Shown here: in pieces, positions 38,988-48,862 of the stretch
Layout: the number at the start of each line of letters is the position of its first letter
Numbering within the stretch: the first letter of the stretch is position 1
Made by a program: the position numbers and the translations under genes
Origin: a virus
Length of the DNA: 64,000 nucleotides
Direction: 5' to 3' (one strand)
Virus record (IMG/VR): IMGVR_UViG_3300042691_047309
Span: 32,001 to 96,000 of that record
The notes under the pieces: model-generated
Told to the model about the DNA's origin: nothing
The model's database searches: none
The model's input: only the letters and a program-made list of their open reading frames with translations

Positions 38988-40910
38988 ATGAGTCTATTAA
39001 ACACAATCAAAAAAGATTTCGTTCAAACTGAAAAAGATTTATCAATAAAGGATTATTTAGAACTTTGTAAAAATGATAAATCAATTTACACTTCACCTGC
39101 TGAAAGAATGCTTCAAGCAATTGGAGAGCCTGAAGTCATTGATACTAAATTCGACGAGAGATTAAGTCGTATTTATTCTAACCGAGTTATTAAAAGATAT
39201 CCAGCCTTTGCTGAGTTTTTTGGAATGGAAGATACAATCGAACAAATAGTATCTTTCTTCAAACACGCTGCACAGGGATTAGAAGAAAAGAAACAAATTA
39301 TTTATCTACTCGGTCCAGTTGGTGGTGGTAAATCATCTTTAGCAGAAAGGTTAAAACAATTAATGGAAAAAAGCTATATCTATGTTCTTATAGCTGACGG
39401 AGAGGTTTCTCCTGTTTGGGAAAATCCACTTGGACTTTTTTCAAATTATAGAACTGAACTAGAAGATGAATATGGTATTCATAGAAGATACGTTCCTTCT
39501 TGTCCTTCTCCTTGGGCTACAAAAAGATTAGCTGAATTTGAAGGTGACATTTCTAAGTTCAAAGTTCGTAGATTGAAATGTTCTATCTCATCACAAATAG
39601 GTATTTCTAAAGTAGAACCAGGAGATGAGAACAATCAGGATATCTCAGCGCTTGTTGGAAAAGTTGATATTAGAAAACTGGCTGAGTTTCCACAAAATGA
39701 CGCAGATGCTTACTCTTACTCAGGTTCTCTTTGTAAATCTAATCAAGGACTTATGGAATTTGTTGAGATGTTTAAAGCTCCGATTAAATTACTTCACCCA
39801 TTATTAACAGCTACTCAAGAAGGTAACTTTAATGGAACTGAAAACTTACCAGCTATTCCATTCCAGGGTATTCTTTTAGCTCACTCTAATGAGTCTGAGT
39901 GGGAAACCTTCTCTAATGATAAAAAGAATGAAGCTTTCTTAGACCGTGTTTATATTGTAAGAGTTCCTTACTGTTTGAGAATCGACGAAGAAGTAGAAAT
40001 TTATCAAAAACTTCTTAAAGGTTCTTCTCTTTCTCAAGCACCTTGCGCTCCTAAAACATTGGAAATGCTCGCTCAGTTTTGTGTAATGACAAGACTTAAA
40101 AGACCAGAAAATTCACTTATGTATTCTAAAATGAGAATTTATAATGGTGAGAACTTAAAAGAGTCTGATCCAAAGGCTAAATCATTACAGGAATATAAAG
40201 ACGATGCCGGAATTACTGAAGGAATGAACGGAATCTCTACCCGTTTTGCTTTTAAAGTTCTTTCTAAAGTATTCAACCATGATTCAGAAGAAGTTGCGGC
40301 AAATCCAGTTCATCTTTTCTATGTTTTAGAACAGGAAATCGTTAAAGCTCAAATGAATAAAGAAGTTGAAGAGTATTACTTAAATATTCTTAAATCAACA
40401 ATGACTAACAAATATGCTGAGTTCATCGGTGATGAAATTCAAAAAGCTTACGTTGATTCTTATCAAGAATATGGTCAAAACTTATTTGAGAGATATATTA
40501 CTTATGCTGATCATTGGTGTCAAGATAATGATTATAGAGATCCTGAAACTGGTCAGCAATTTGATAGAGGTGCTCTTAACGAAGAGTTAGAAAAAATTGA
40601 AAAGCCGGCTGGTATTGCAAATCCAAAAGATTTCAGAAATGATATAGTTCAATTTTATCTAAGACACAAAGCTAAGAATAGTAAATCTCCATCATGGGAT
40701 TCTTATGAGAAAATTAAGAATGTTATTGAAAAAAGAATATTCTCTAAAACTGAAGATCTTATACCAGTCATATCATTCACTGGTAAAACTTCTAAAGACG
40801 AAGAGAAGAAACATTCTGAATTTGTCAATAGAATGAAAGATAGAGGATATACTAATAAACAAATAAAACTTTTGACAGACTGGTACCTCAGAATTAGGAA
40901 ATCATCTTAA
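38988..40910 (+). CDS. yeaG: PrkA/YeaG AAA+ protein kinase
   Basis: Walker A LLGPVGGGKSS, EPGDENNQDIS, EFVEMFKAP, AHSNESEW. Confidence 0.93.
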   Translation: MSLLNTIKKDFVQTEKDLSIKDYLELCKNDKSIYTSPAERMLQAIGEPEVIDTKFDERLSRIYSNRVIKRYPAFAEFFGMEDTIEQIVSFFKHAAQGLEEKKQIIYLLGPVGGGKSSLAERLKQLMEKSYIYVLIADGEVSPVWENPLGLFSNYRTELEDEYGIHRRYVPSCPSPWATKRLAEFEGDISKFKVRRLKCSISSQIGISKVEPGDENNQDISALVGKVDIRKLAEFPQNDADAYSYSGSLCKSNQGLMEFVEMFKAPIKLLHPLLTATQEGNFNGTENLPAIPFQGILLAHSNESEWETFSNDKKNEAFLDRVYIVRVPYCLRIDEEVEIYQKLLKGSSLSQAPCAPKTLEMLAQFCVMTRLKRPENSLMYSKMRIYNGENLKESDPKAKSLQEYKDDAGITEGMNGISTRFAFKVLSKVFNHDSEEVAANPVHLFYVLEQEIVKAQMNKEVEEYYLNILKSTMTNKYAEFIGDEIQKAYVDSYQEYGQNLFERYITYADHWCQDNDYRDPETGQQFDRGALNEELEKIEKPAGIANPKDFRNDIVQFYLRHKAKNSKSPSWDSYEKIKNVIEKRIFSKTEDLIPVISFTGKTSKDEEKKHSEFVNRMKDRGYTNKQIKLLTDWYLRIRKSS

Positions 40911-41029
40911 TGAGACCTGTTAAAGACTTATTTACAAAAGAATACTATCGTATTAATCGTATTAAAAGGGTAGTTGTGCGCAAACTAAAAATAGAAAGAA
41001 TATTCAATGTCAATAAACATAGTAGATAG
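40910..41029 (+). CDS. 39-aa mini-ORF consisting mainly of the C-terminal tag (not in ORF track)
   Basis: MRPVKDLFTKEYYRINRIKRVVVRKLKIERIFNVNKHSR; TAATG overlap with yeaG stop. Confidence 0.5.
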   Translation: MRPVKDLFTKEYYRINRIKRVVVRKLKIERIFNVNKHSR

Positions 41030-42272
41030 AAGAAAAAATCCAAAAGGGAAATCCTCTGATAATCGTCAGAGGTTTCTAAAAAGGATCGAAGGTCAAATAA
41101 AAAAGGCCTTACCTGACATTGTTAAAGGTACTGGTATAAAAGATATCACATCATCAGGTGGTAAAGTAAAAGTTCCTGTTAAAGGAATATCTGAGCCACA
41201 ATTTACATATGATAAAGATTCTGGTGATAAAAAATATGTTCATCCAGGAAATAAAGAATATGTTCCCGGTGATAAAATAAAAAAACCTCAAGGTGGTCAA
41301 GGTAAAGGATCAGGTAAACAAGGATCAAACGATCCTTCAACCGGAGAAGATGAGTTCTCAGTTACAATTAGTAGAGATGAGTTCTTAGATTACTTTTTTT
41401 CTGATTTAGAACTTCCAGATATGGTTAAAAAACATCTTAACACTATTGTTGATTGGAAACAAAAAAGAGCTGGATTCTCTAATTATGGTAATCCAAGTAG
41501 GTTAAATGTTGTTAAATCATTTAAAAACTCAATGGCTCGTAGAATGGCTCTTGGATTCTTTTTTGATAAAAAAATCAAAGATGTTGAGGAGTTATTAAAA
41601 GATGATACTTTAACTAAAGAAAGAAGATTAGAGTTAGAATTTGAATTAGACAAACTTAAGAAAATGAAACTTAGTGTTTCATTTATGGAGGAAGTCGACC
41701 TTCAATATAATAACTTTGAAAAAGTTGCTGTTCCTACTACTTGTGCTGTTATGTTCTGTATAATGGATATCTCTGGTTCAATGGGTGAAAAGGAAAAGGA
41801 TATTTCAAAAAGATTCTTTATGTTACTTTATATGTTTCTTACAAAACAATATGAAAAAATTGAAATTGTTTTTATTAGACATCACACAGAAGCAAAGGAA
41901 GTTAGTGAAGAAGAATTCTTTAATAGTAAAGAAACAGGTGGAACAGTTGTTACTCCTGCACTTGAACTAATGAATAAGATTATAAAAGAAAGATACTCAA
42001 AAGATTGGAATATCTATGCTGCGCAAGCTTCAGATGGTGATGTTTGGAATCGTTCAGATGCTGATGATTGTTATAAAATATTAGACACTGATATATTAAA
42101 TAAAATTCAATATATGATTTATATTGAAGTTTGTAGAGATAATGATGGTGACCTTTGGAGTAATTATAAATTACTTTCTGAAAAGAGAAATAATTTCGAG
42201 ATTGGAAAAATTCACGAAGTAGGTGAGATATGGACTGTATTTCAAGACTTCTTTAAAAAGAAAACCGTCTAA
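41007..42272 (+). CDS. yeaH: YeaH/YhbH (DUF444, vWA-like) protein
   Basis: NRQRF, HPGNKEY, CIMDISGSM, FIRHHTEA, AQASDGD. Confidence 0.9.
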   Translation: MSINIVDRRKNPKGKSSDNRQRFLKRIEGQIKKALPDIVKGTGIKDITSSGGKVKVPVKGISEPQFTYDKDSGDKKYVHPGNKEYVPGDKIKKPQGGQGKGSGKQGSNDPSTGEDEFSVTISRDEFLDYFFSDLELPDMVKKHLNTIVDWKQKRAGFSNYGNPSRLNVVKSFKNSMARRMALGFFFDKKIKDVEELLKDDTLTKERRLELEFELDKLKKMKLSVSFMEEVDLQYNNFEKVAVPTTCAVMFCIMDISGSMGEKEKDISKRFFMLLYMFLTKQYEKIEIVFIRHHTEAKEVSEEEFFNSKETGGTVVTPALELMNKIIKERYSKDWNIYAAQASDGDVWNRSDADDCYKILDTDILNKIQYMIYIEVCRDNDGDLWSNYKLLSEKRNNFEIGKIHEVGEIWTVFQDFFKKKTV

Positions 42273-42276
42273 AATA

Positions 42277-43767
42277 TTACTGTGTTGTAAATTGATAAAC
42301 CTTTCCCGAACTACCATAGTCAACTATCTTAGCAGCTACAAACTTTGCACCTTCTGCTGCATATTGTGACCAAGATTCATCAGAATATTTATTTGTATTT
42401 TGCTCAACAAACGTCAACGCATTATTAGCAATTTTTACAGCTTGACTAGAATACTCAGAAACACTTTTTCCGTCTCTTAGATTAATCAAATAAACCATTA
42501 CTTCAGAAGTTAATTTGGATTTTTCAAAATCCATTTCTTCTGCAGCACTATCCGAAATAGCTTCCATTACTCCTATTGCTTTATTTATAGTTTCTGGTGA
42601 TGGTTTTCCTCCACTAGCCGCGGCAGAAGTAAGTACAAAAAGTATAACAAGTAGGACTATAGTTATAATTATAGTTCTGTATAATACTGGATGTTTTTCT
42701 TTAAAATTTTTAATCTTATCCAAAATCCATTTTATAAATTTCTCAACAATTGATGCTGACTTTACACCTAATTCATACATCTTAAGACTTATACTTTCTA
42801 AATTTTCATTGAATTTTTTAAAGAAACTTTCAATAGTATCTAAACCTTTACCAATTGTTGCTAATAACTCATTAAAATTGGCTCCGGTGACACCAAATTT
42901 ACCCAAGTGGTCCCAGATTGATCTGTATTCTTTCTGATCTATATCACTCATTTCACTATTGATATAATCTTTAAGATTTGGCTTACCTTTAGAAATTAAT
43001 AAATTATTTATCTGTGCAATTTCATTCTTACTCTTTATTCTCTTAATTATTTTTAAAGCTGATTCTTCATCCGTACCGTCATAATCACCTTTAAATGATT
43101 TAATTAAATCATCTACTATAGATTTTACCGAATTATCAACTTTGTCATTTTTTTTACTTTCTATATTATTCCAATCTATGTCATTGAAAACACTATCATC
43201 TAATTTATGACCTATCATAGTATAAAGACCTATTTCTTTTAATGCATCCGGATTTGTCTTTATTATTTTTTCTAATTGACGAACTTTACCATCAACTATT
43301 TTGATACCGAATTTTTTATCAGAATTATTTGTTAAATCTTCTAATCTTTTATTTAGTTCGATTTTATTTATTTTCTTTGATTTGTATGATGATATTAGTT
43401 CATACATTTTATCAAGTGGTAATCTCATTTGTACACTAAATTCATGTCCTGAGAATGGTACAATTTCATTTTTTGAGGATTTTAAAAACCATTTGGCTAG
43501 TGGTGTGTTTGTCACAACAATGTCATATCTTAAATACCAAACATTTTGTTTCTTACCTATAGAAATGTATGGATCATCTTCGACTTCGACTTCATCTTTG
43601 ATTTTTTCTGTTTGATAGTTCAATACAAAATCTAAAACTGGACTATCATCTTTATTTGGATCTGCAAAATAGTCAGAAAGATTTCCTTTTTCATATTCGT
43701 CTTTGTTCCAAAACCATTCCTCATTAATTGCACATCTAAAAGATTCGTATGTTTTGATATACTTCAT
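42277..43767 (-). CDS. Multi-module N-tagged protein with annexin-like repeat and TM helix
   Basis: MKYIKTYESF; GTDEESALKII..LKDYINSEMS; internal FKKFNEN; TM IIITIVLLVILFVL. Confidence 0.6.
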   Translation of the reverse strand: MKYIKTYESFRCAINEEWFWNKDEYEKGNLSDYFADPNKDDSPVLDFVLNYQTEKIKDEVEVEDDPYISIGKKQNVWYLRYDIVVTNTPLAKWFLKSSKNEIVPFSGHEFSVQMRLPLDKMYELISSYKSKKINKIELNKRLEDLTNNSDKKFGIKIVDGKVRQLEKIIKTNPDALKEIGLYTMIGHKLDDSVFNDIDWNNIESKKNDKVDNSVKSIVDDLIKSFKGDYDGTDEESALKIIKRIKSKNEIAQINNLLISKGKPNLKDYINSEMSDIDQKEYRSIWDHLGKFGVTGANFNELLATIGKGLDTIESFFKKFNENLESISLKMYELGVKSASIVEKFIKWILDKIKNFKEKHPVLYRTIIITIVLLVILFVLTSAAASGGKPSPETINKAIGVMEAISDSAAEEMDFEKSKLTSEVMVYLINLRDGKSVSEYSSQAVKIANNALTFVEQNTNKYSDESWSQYAAEGAKFVAAKIVDYGSSGKVYQFTTQ

Positions 43768-43846
43768 GTTGAAAATAACTTTCTATTATATATAAATTAT
43801 TATAAACAATAAACTAAAAATAGACTAAAAATAAAAACAAAATTAT

Positions 43847-45343
43847 ATGAAGAAAAAAGATATCAAAAACTTATTCTCAAAATCAGATTGGAATGAAGAA
43901 ACTATTCAAGTTTTTTCTGAAATAATTGATAAAATGTCTATAGACTTACTTGGACTTGATGTTTATGTAAATCAATTTGAAATTGTATCTTCTGAACAAT
44001 TACTAGATGCTTACGCACTTATAGGACTTCCACTTTCATATAACCATTGGAAATTTGGAAAAGATTATGTAGTAAATACAAATAATTATAAAAAAGGAAG
44101 AATGGGTCTAAGCTACGAAATGGTAATTAACAGCTCGCCCTGCATCTCTTACAACTTAGAGGACAATGATACTTGTCTTATGTTATTAGTTTATGCACAT
44201 GTTCAGGGCCATAATCACTTCTTTAAGAACAATTATCTTTTTAAACAATGGACTCAAGCTGATTCCATTATCGATTATATGTTATTTGCTAAAAACTTTA
44301 TTGCCAAATGTGAAGAGAAGTATGGATATGAAGAAGTTGAAATGGTTTTAGATGCTTGTCACGCACTTATGAACTATGGTGTTGATAAATATAAAAAACC
44401 GGCTAAATTATCACCTAAAGAAGAGCATGACAGATTAAAAAAGAAGATTGAAGACGATAGAATTTTACTTGATGACATCTGGAGAACCCTTCCTAAGGAT
44501 GATCAGAAAAGAAAAAGAAAAGAAAGATTTCCGGCTCAACCTGAAGAAAATATTCTTTACTTTATCGAAAAAAATTCACCAAAACTAAAAGCTTGGCAAA
44601 GAGAAATTGTTAGAATTGTTAGAAAGGTATCTCAATACTTTTACCCACAGGGTCAAACTAAAGTTATCAATGAGGGATGTGCGACTTTTACACACTATGA
44701 GATAGTAAATAAAATGTTTGAAGAAGGATATTTAGATGATGGATTTATGTTAGAATTTATGCACCATCATTCTAATGTTATTTTTCAACCGGGATTTGAT
44801 TCTAAATTCTATTCAGGTTTGAATCCATATACTTTAGGCTTTAATATCTTTTCTGATTTAAAAAGAATGTCATTAGATCCAACTCCAGAGGATTTACAAT
44901 GGTTTCCTGAAATTGCTGGAAAAGGAGATTGGAAAGAACAATTTTTATATATTGTTGAAAATTTCAAAGATGAAACATTTGTTCTTCAATATCTTTCTCC
45001 AAAAGTTATGCGTGATATGAGATTATTTGAGATATCAGATGAATCAACTTCTAACTTTTATAAAGTTAGTTCAATTCATAATGAAAAGGGATATAAAAAA
45101 GTTAGACAATCACTTTCTGAATTTTATAACAGAAGTAGATATGTTCCAGATATTCAAGTTTATAATGTTGATGTTTATGGAAATAGAAGTCTTACTTTAG
45201 AATACACTCCTTTAGATGGTAGAGATTTAGATTCAAATGAAGTTGATAAGGTTCTTCCACATGTTAAATACTTATGGGGATTTCCAGTTAAGATGGTTCA
45301 AAGAGGTCAAGAAAAATTGACAGTTATTTCTTCTTTGGAATAA
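43847..45343 (+). CDS. ycgB: SpoVR/YcgB family protein
   Basis: YNHWKFGK, YEMVINS, HVQGHNHFFKNN, TKVINEGCATF, NPYTLG. Confidence 0.92.
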   Translation: MKKKDIKNLFSKSDWNEETIQVFSEIIDKMSIDLLGLDVYVNQFEIVSSEQLLDAYALIGLPLSYNHWKFGKDYVVNTNNYKKGRMGLSYEMVINSSPCISYNLEDNDTCLMLLVYAHVQGHNHFFKNNYLFKQWTQADSIIDYMLFAKNFIAKCEEKYGYEEVEMVLDACHALMNYGVDKYKKPAKLSPKEEHDRLKKKIEDDRILLDDIWRTLPKDDQKRKRKERFPAQPEENILYFIEKNSPKLKAWQREIVRIVRKVSQYFYPQGQTKVINEGCATFTHYEIVNKMFEEGYLDDGFMLEFMHHHSNVIFQPGFDSKFYSGLNPYTLGFNIFSDLKRMSLDPTPEDLQWFPEIAGKGDWKEQFLYIVENFKDETFVLQYLSPKVMRDMRLFEISDESTSNFYKVSSIHNEKGYKKVRQSLSEFYNRSRYVPDIQVYNVDVYGNRSLTLEYTPLDGRDLDSNEVDKVLPHVKYLWGFPVKMVQRGQEKLTVISSLE

Positions 45344-45350
45344 TTTTCAC

Positions 45351-45358
45351 TATATTTG
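45351..45358 (+). promoter_or_regulatory. Bacteroidota -7 element TATATTTG
   Basis: 4 nt upstream of uvsE. Confidence 0.55.
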
Positions 45359-45362
45359 TAAT

Positions 45363-46286
45363 ATGAAAAATATTGGATACTGTTGCATCCCAATGGGTTG
45401 TAATGTAGGTAAGAAAAAGAAAGAACATATTACCGTAAATAGAGGAATGGTTCGTAAAACATTTGATGATAAAGGATTGCCTTATGTATCTGAATTGGTT
45501 ATTGAAAATCTCAAAGACACACTTAAAGTATTAGACTATAATCTATCTGTTGGTATTTATATCTACAGATTATCATCCGACTCTTTTCCGTGGATGTCAG
45601 AGTATGAGTTCTCTGATTTACCAAACTTTGATATGATACAAAAGCTTATGGCTCAAATCGGTGATAAAATAAAATCTAATAACATTAGAGTGAGCTATCA
45701 TCCAGGACCATTCAACGTTTTGGCAAGTGAGAGCCCTTCTGTTGTAGAGAAAACAATCAAAGAGTTAAATAAACATGCAGAACTTATGGATTTAATGGGA
45801 TTGGATAAATCACATTATTATCCTATCAATATTCACATCAATACGACTAAGCCTACAAGAGAAGAAGCTGCTCAACGATTTGTTGATAATTTTTCACTTC
45901 TTTCTGAGTCTTGTAAGAGTAGATTAACATTAGAGAATGATGATAGTCCGAATCAATACTCTGTTAAAATATTACACGACTTTGTTTATACCAAAACTAA
46001 TATTCCAATTGTATTCGATCAACATCACTTCAACTATGGTGAACAAGACCAAACTATGGAAGAAGCATTGCGATTAGCACATTCTACTTGGAATGTTAGA
46101 CCAATGACTCATATGAGTTCACCAAAAACATTAGAAGATAATTCAGGTAAACAAACAGCACATGCAGATTACATTTATGAAGAAATTAAAACATTTGGTC
46201 TTGACTTTGATACAGAAATTGAAGCGAAAGCCAAAGATCTCGCTGTGTTAAAATACCGGAAACAGTTTCAATTAATTAAGTCATAA
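45363..46286 (+). CDS. uvsE: UV DNA damage endonuclease
   Basis: IGYCC, YRLSS, SYHPGPF, LENDD, FDQHH, AHADY, EAKAKD. Confidence 0.9.
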   Translation: MKNIGYCCIPMGCNVGKKKKEHITVNRGMVRKTFDDKGLPYVSELVIENLKDTLKVLDYNLSVGIYIYRLSSDSFPWMSEYEFSDLPNFDMIQKLMAQIGDKIKSNNIRVSYHPGPFNVLASESPSVVEKTIKELNKHAELMDLMGLDKSHYYPINIHINTTKPTREEAAQRFVDNFSLLSESCKSRLTLENDDSPNQYSVKILHDFVYTKTNIPIVFDQHHFNYGEQDQTMEEALRLAHSTWNVRPMTHMSSPKTLEDNSGKQTAHADYIYEEIKTFGLDFDTEIEAKAKDLAVLKYRKQFQLIKS

Positions 46287-46289
46287 ATA

Positions 46290-46321
46290 TTTGGTAGATT
46301 TAAAATAAAGTATTATCTTTG
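46290..46321 (+). promoter_or_regulatory. Bacteroidota-type promoter (-33 TTTG, -7 TATCTTTG)
   Basis: TTTG-N20-TATCTTTG upstream of 46341. Confidence 0.65.
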
Positions 46322-46340
46322 TAAAACAAAGGAAAACAAT

Positions 46341-46826
46341 ATGAAGATAGAGCTTAAAAATGTAAAGATTAACAAAATGTTTAGCGAAGAAACTACTTGT
46401 TTCATGGCTGATGTTTTTATAAATGGTAAAAAAACAGCATACGCTAAAAACGACGGACGTGGAGGTAATACAAATATCCAACCATATGCGGGTATGTCTT
46501 TAGATGAGGTTTATAACTATTGTAAAACTTTACCCAAAGAGTTTGGTTACCCACAAACACTTGATTCAGTTATTGATGATATTCTATTCGAGAAAGAAAA
46601 AGAAAAAGAGCAAAAGAAAATTGACAAGTTGTGTTTAACTAACATTGTTTGGGGTTTAGAAAATGGAACGTCTTATTCTAAGATTGGTTTTAAAGGTAGT
46701 CCTAAATTTGAGGACCTTAAAAAAACAACTGGAGGTAAGACTGCTTTGAAATCTTTGATTGAGAAAGTAAAAAATCAATACGTGAAAGAAGGTGAAATTA
46801 TTTTCAATAAAAATTTAGTAGGTTAA
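46341..46826 (+). CDS. Hypothetical phage protein
   Basis: SEETTCF..NDGRGG; has promoter and terminator. Confidence 0.7.
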   Translation: MKIELKNVKINKMFSEETTCFMADVFINGKKTAYAKNDGRGGNTNIQPYAGMSLDEVYNYCKTLPKEFGYPQTLDSVIDDILFEKEKEKEQKKIDKLCLTNIVWGLENGTSYSKIGFKGSPKFEDLKKTTGGKTALKSLIEKVKNQYVKEGEIIFNKNLVG

Positions 46827-46831
46827 AATGT

Positions 46832-46858
46832 AAAGAGAGTCTAATGACTCTCTTTTTT
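46832..46858 (+). terminator. Intrinsic terminator
   Basis: AAAGAGAGTC-taat-GACTCTCTTT plus T-run. Confidence 0.75.
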
Positions 46859-47305
46859 CTTTTTCTTAACAACTGCTAACTCTTCTGGTGTCAATAATCC
46901 TCTACCATAAAGTTTTACTCTTTCATCATATCTCGTCTTAACTCTTTCAGATATCGGAACTGGTTGTCCTTCATCATCAATTCTAACAAAAACAACTTTT
47001 GTTGAACAAACGATTTTTTCTTCACCAGTATAAACACTGTGTTTTCTGGCTTCCATTTTAAGAGTGATGGAGGTTGTTCCAATTTTTTCTACTTCTCCAT
47101 AGATTTTGATAATGTTGCCAACTTTTACGGGATTATCAAAAACGACTTCTTCCATTTTTTTAGTTACCATTCTTGGTGTGTCGCATATTTGACAAGCGTA
47201 AGCCGCAGCTGCTTCGTCAATAAAACACATCATATTTCCTCCGAAGAGATTACCATGTACACCAATATCGAGTGCCATACAAATTTTTGTTGTTATTAGT
47301 TCCAT
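46841..47305 (-). CDS. Acyl-CoA thioesterase (hotdog fold, YciA-like)
   Basis: HGNLFGG..IDEAA, FDNPVKVG, GTTSI, FVRIDDEG. Confidence 0.85.
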   Translation of the reverse strand: MELITTKICMALDIGVHGNLFGGNMMCFIDEAAAAYACQICDTPRMVTKKMEEVVFDNPVKVGNIIKIYGEVEKIGTTSITLKMEARKHSVYTGEEKIVCSTKVVFVRIDDEGQPVPISERVKTRYDERVKLYGRGLLTPEELAVVKKKKKESH

Positions 47306-47308
47306 AAT

Positions 47309-47917
47309 TTATCTTTTTTTATATATGAAAAAACTCATTTTTTTAAAATCAAACCAACTTACATCTAAAAAGATAGTTTCTATTACTTCGTCATTTGTTA
47401 CATAACATGAGATATAGTAGCAGTCTTTTGGAATTTTTTCTAATATTAAATTTCTTAAATCATCACTAAACATAATATCATCCATAAAAATAAAATTGGC
47501 ATCGGAGATATCAACATTTAAAATATCATCACAAATAAAAATAACTCTTTCTTGATTTAAAGTTTTATTTATTTCGATTGCATAATCGATTCTTGTTTTA
47601 GATATTTCCACTCCTACATATTTATCAAAATTGGAAATAAGTGAGAGATGTAATAATAATCTGCCATTACCACATCCAATATCATAAAATACTCCTTTAT
47701 AATTATTTAAGTAGTTTGATAATTCTTTAACCCCTTTTTTTGTGATTTCGCCATAAACTAAATTCTCAGGTAAATCAGTTGATTCTCTTAGATATTCTGA
47801 TTGTTGTTCATTGGTTAGATTATCCCATTTACCCAGATATTTTAAGATATCACTCTCAGACATTAAGTCGAACCTATAAACTTCTTCTATTTTTATTGCT
47901 TTTAGAAAATCATCCAT
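47309..47917 (-). CDS. Class I SAM-dependent methyltransferase (DOT1-like)
   Basis: VYGEI, FYDIGCGNG, GVEI, DDIL. Confidence 0.75.
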   Translation of the reverse strand: MDDFLKAIKIEEVYRFDLMSESDILKYLGKWDNLTNEQQSEYLRESTDLPENLVYGEITKKGVKELSNYLNNYKGVFYDIGCGNGRLLLHLSLISNFDKYVGVEISKTRIDYAIEINKTLNQERVIFICDDILNVDISDANFIFMDDIMFSDDLRNLILEKIPKDCYYISCYVTNDEVIETIFLDVSWFDFKKMSFFIYKKR

Positions 47918-48548
47918 ATTTCACTATTTCAATTCCAGTAGTTTCTAAAAAATTAATACCCGACCCATCTCTATATTCATCTACATAGACCAATCTTTTT
48001 ATTCCTGATTGTAGAATCAGTTTTGAACAATCTTTACATGGTGAGTGAGTTAAATAAAGAGTAGCTCCATCGCAAGATTGACCTCTACGGGCACATTTAA
48101 GTATAGCGTTTGCTTCACCATGAATTACATACCAATGTGTGGTATCAGGATCCAATTCACATTGATTATCAAATCCAGTTGGTGTTCCGTTATATCCATC
48201 TGATATAATCATATCATCTTTTACAATTAAGGCCCCAACTTTCATTCTTGAGCAATGAGAAAGATTAGACCACTCTTTAGCCATATTTAAATATGTTTTA
48301 TCATATTTTTGTTGCTTGTATCTGGATTTAATCTCATCGATAAAATTTGTGATTTTATCAGGACCATCTATATTCTTTTCTTTACCGGACTTATCTTTGA
48401 TTATCATTCTTATCGCATTTTTATCTGATTTATCAAACACTTCCATTTTAATAACCATAGGACTCATATCATCATAAATATAATCCTGTGATTCAATCAT
48501 TTCTTTTGTAATTCCTTTTAAATATACAGTATCAAAATCACTCTTCAT
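47910..48548 (-). CDS. dCMP deaminase with N-terminal extension
   Basis: KVGA, GYNGTP, HGEANAI, SPCKDC. Confidence 0.9.
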   Translation of the reverse strand: MKSDFDTVYLKGITKEMIESQDYIYDDMSPMVIKMEVFDKSDKNAIRMIIKDKSGKEKNIDGPDKITNFIDEIKSRYKQQKYDKTYLNMAKEWSNLSHCSRMKVGALIVKDDMIISDGYNGTPTGFDNQCELDPDTTHWYVIHGEANAILKCARRGQSCDGATLYLTHSPCKDCSKLILQSGIKRLVYVDEYRDGSGINFLETTGIEIVKYG

Positions 48549-48693
48549 CCCTAAATAACTTATTTATTTTGGATTTTCTATATTCTGATTTCGTATCAAA
48601 TCCTAAAATATTTTTTAATGCCCAATTTACATCTAAATGACCTGTGATCATTAACTCTTTTAAAAGTTCATATTTTTTGTTTTTATCAGACAT
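48538..48693 (-). CDS. Small C-tagged protein (not in ORF track), portal-like segment
   Basis: MSDKNKKYELLKELMITGHLDVNWALKNILGFDTKSEYRKSKINKLFRDEE. Confidence 0.55.
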   Translation of the reverse strand: MSDKNKKYELLKELMITGHLDVNWALKNILGFDTKSEYRKSKINKLFRDEE

Positions 48694-48862
48694 TAAATAA
48701 TCTTTTGATTTTTTTCTTTCTAATCTTTGGTCTATCTATTTTATAGATAATGTCAGTAATAGTTGAATTGACTGTTATATAATTACCAGAACCTCTGGTT
48801 GATTTATTATTTATCAACGCAGAGGCTTGTAGTAATTTATCAACTAAACTTTTATTAGTCAT
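48686..48862 (-). CDS. Small C-tagged protein containing a major-capsid-like fragment
   Basis: MTNKSLVDKLLQASALINNKSTRGSGNYITVNSTITDII...IRKKKIKRLFNV; start reassigned. Confidence 0.6.
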   Translation of the reverse strand: MTNKSLVDKLLQASALINNKSTRGSGNYITVNSTITDIIYKIDRPKIRKKKIKRLFNV

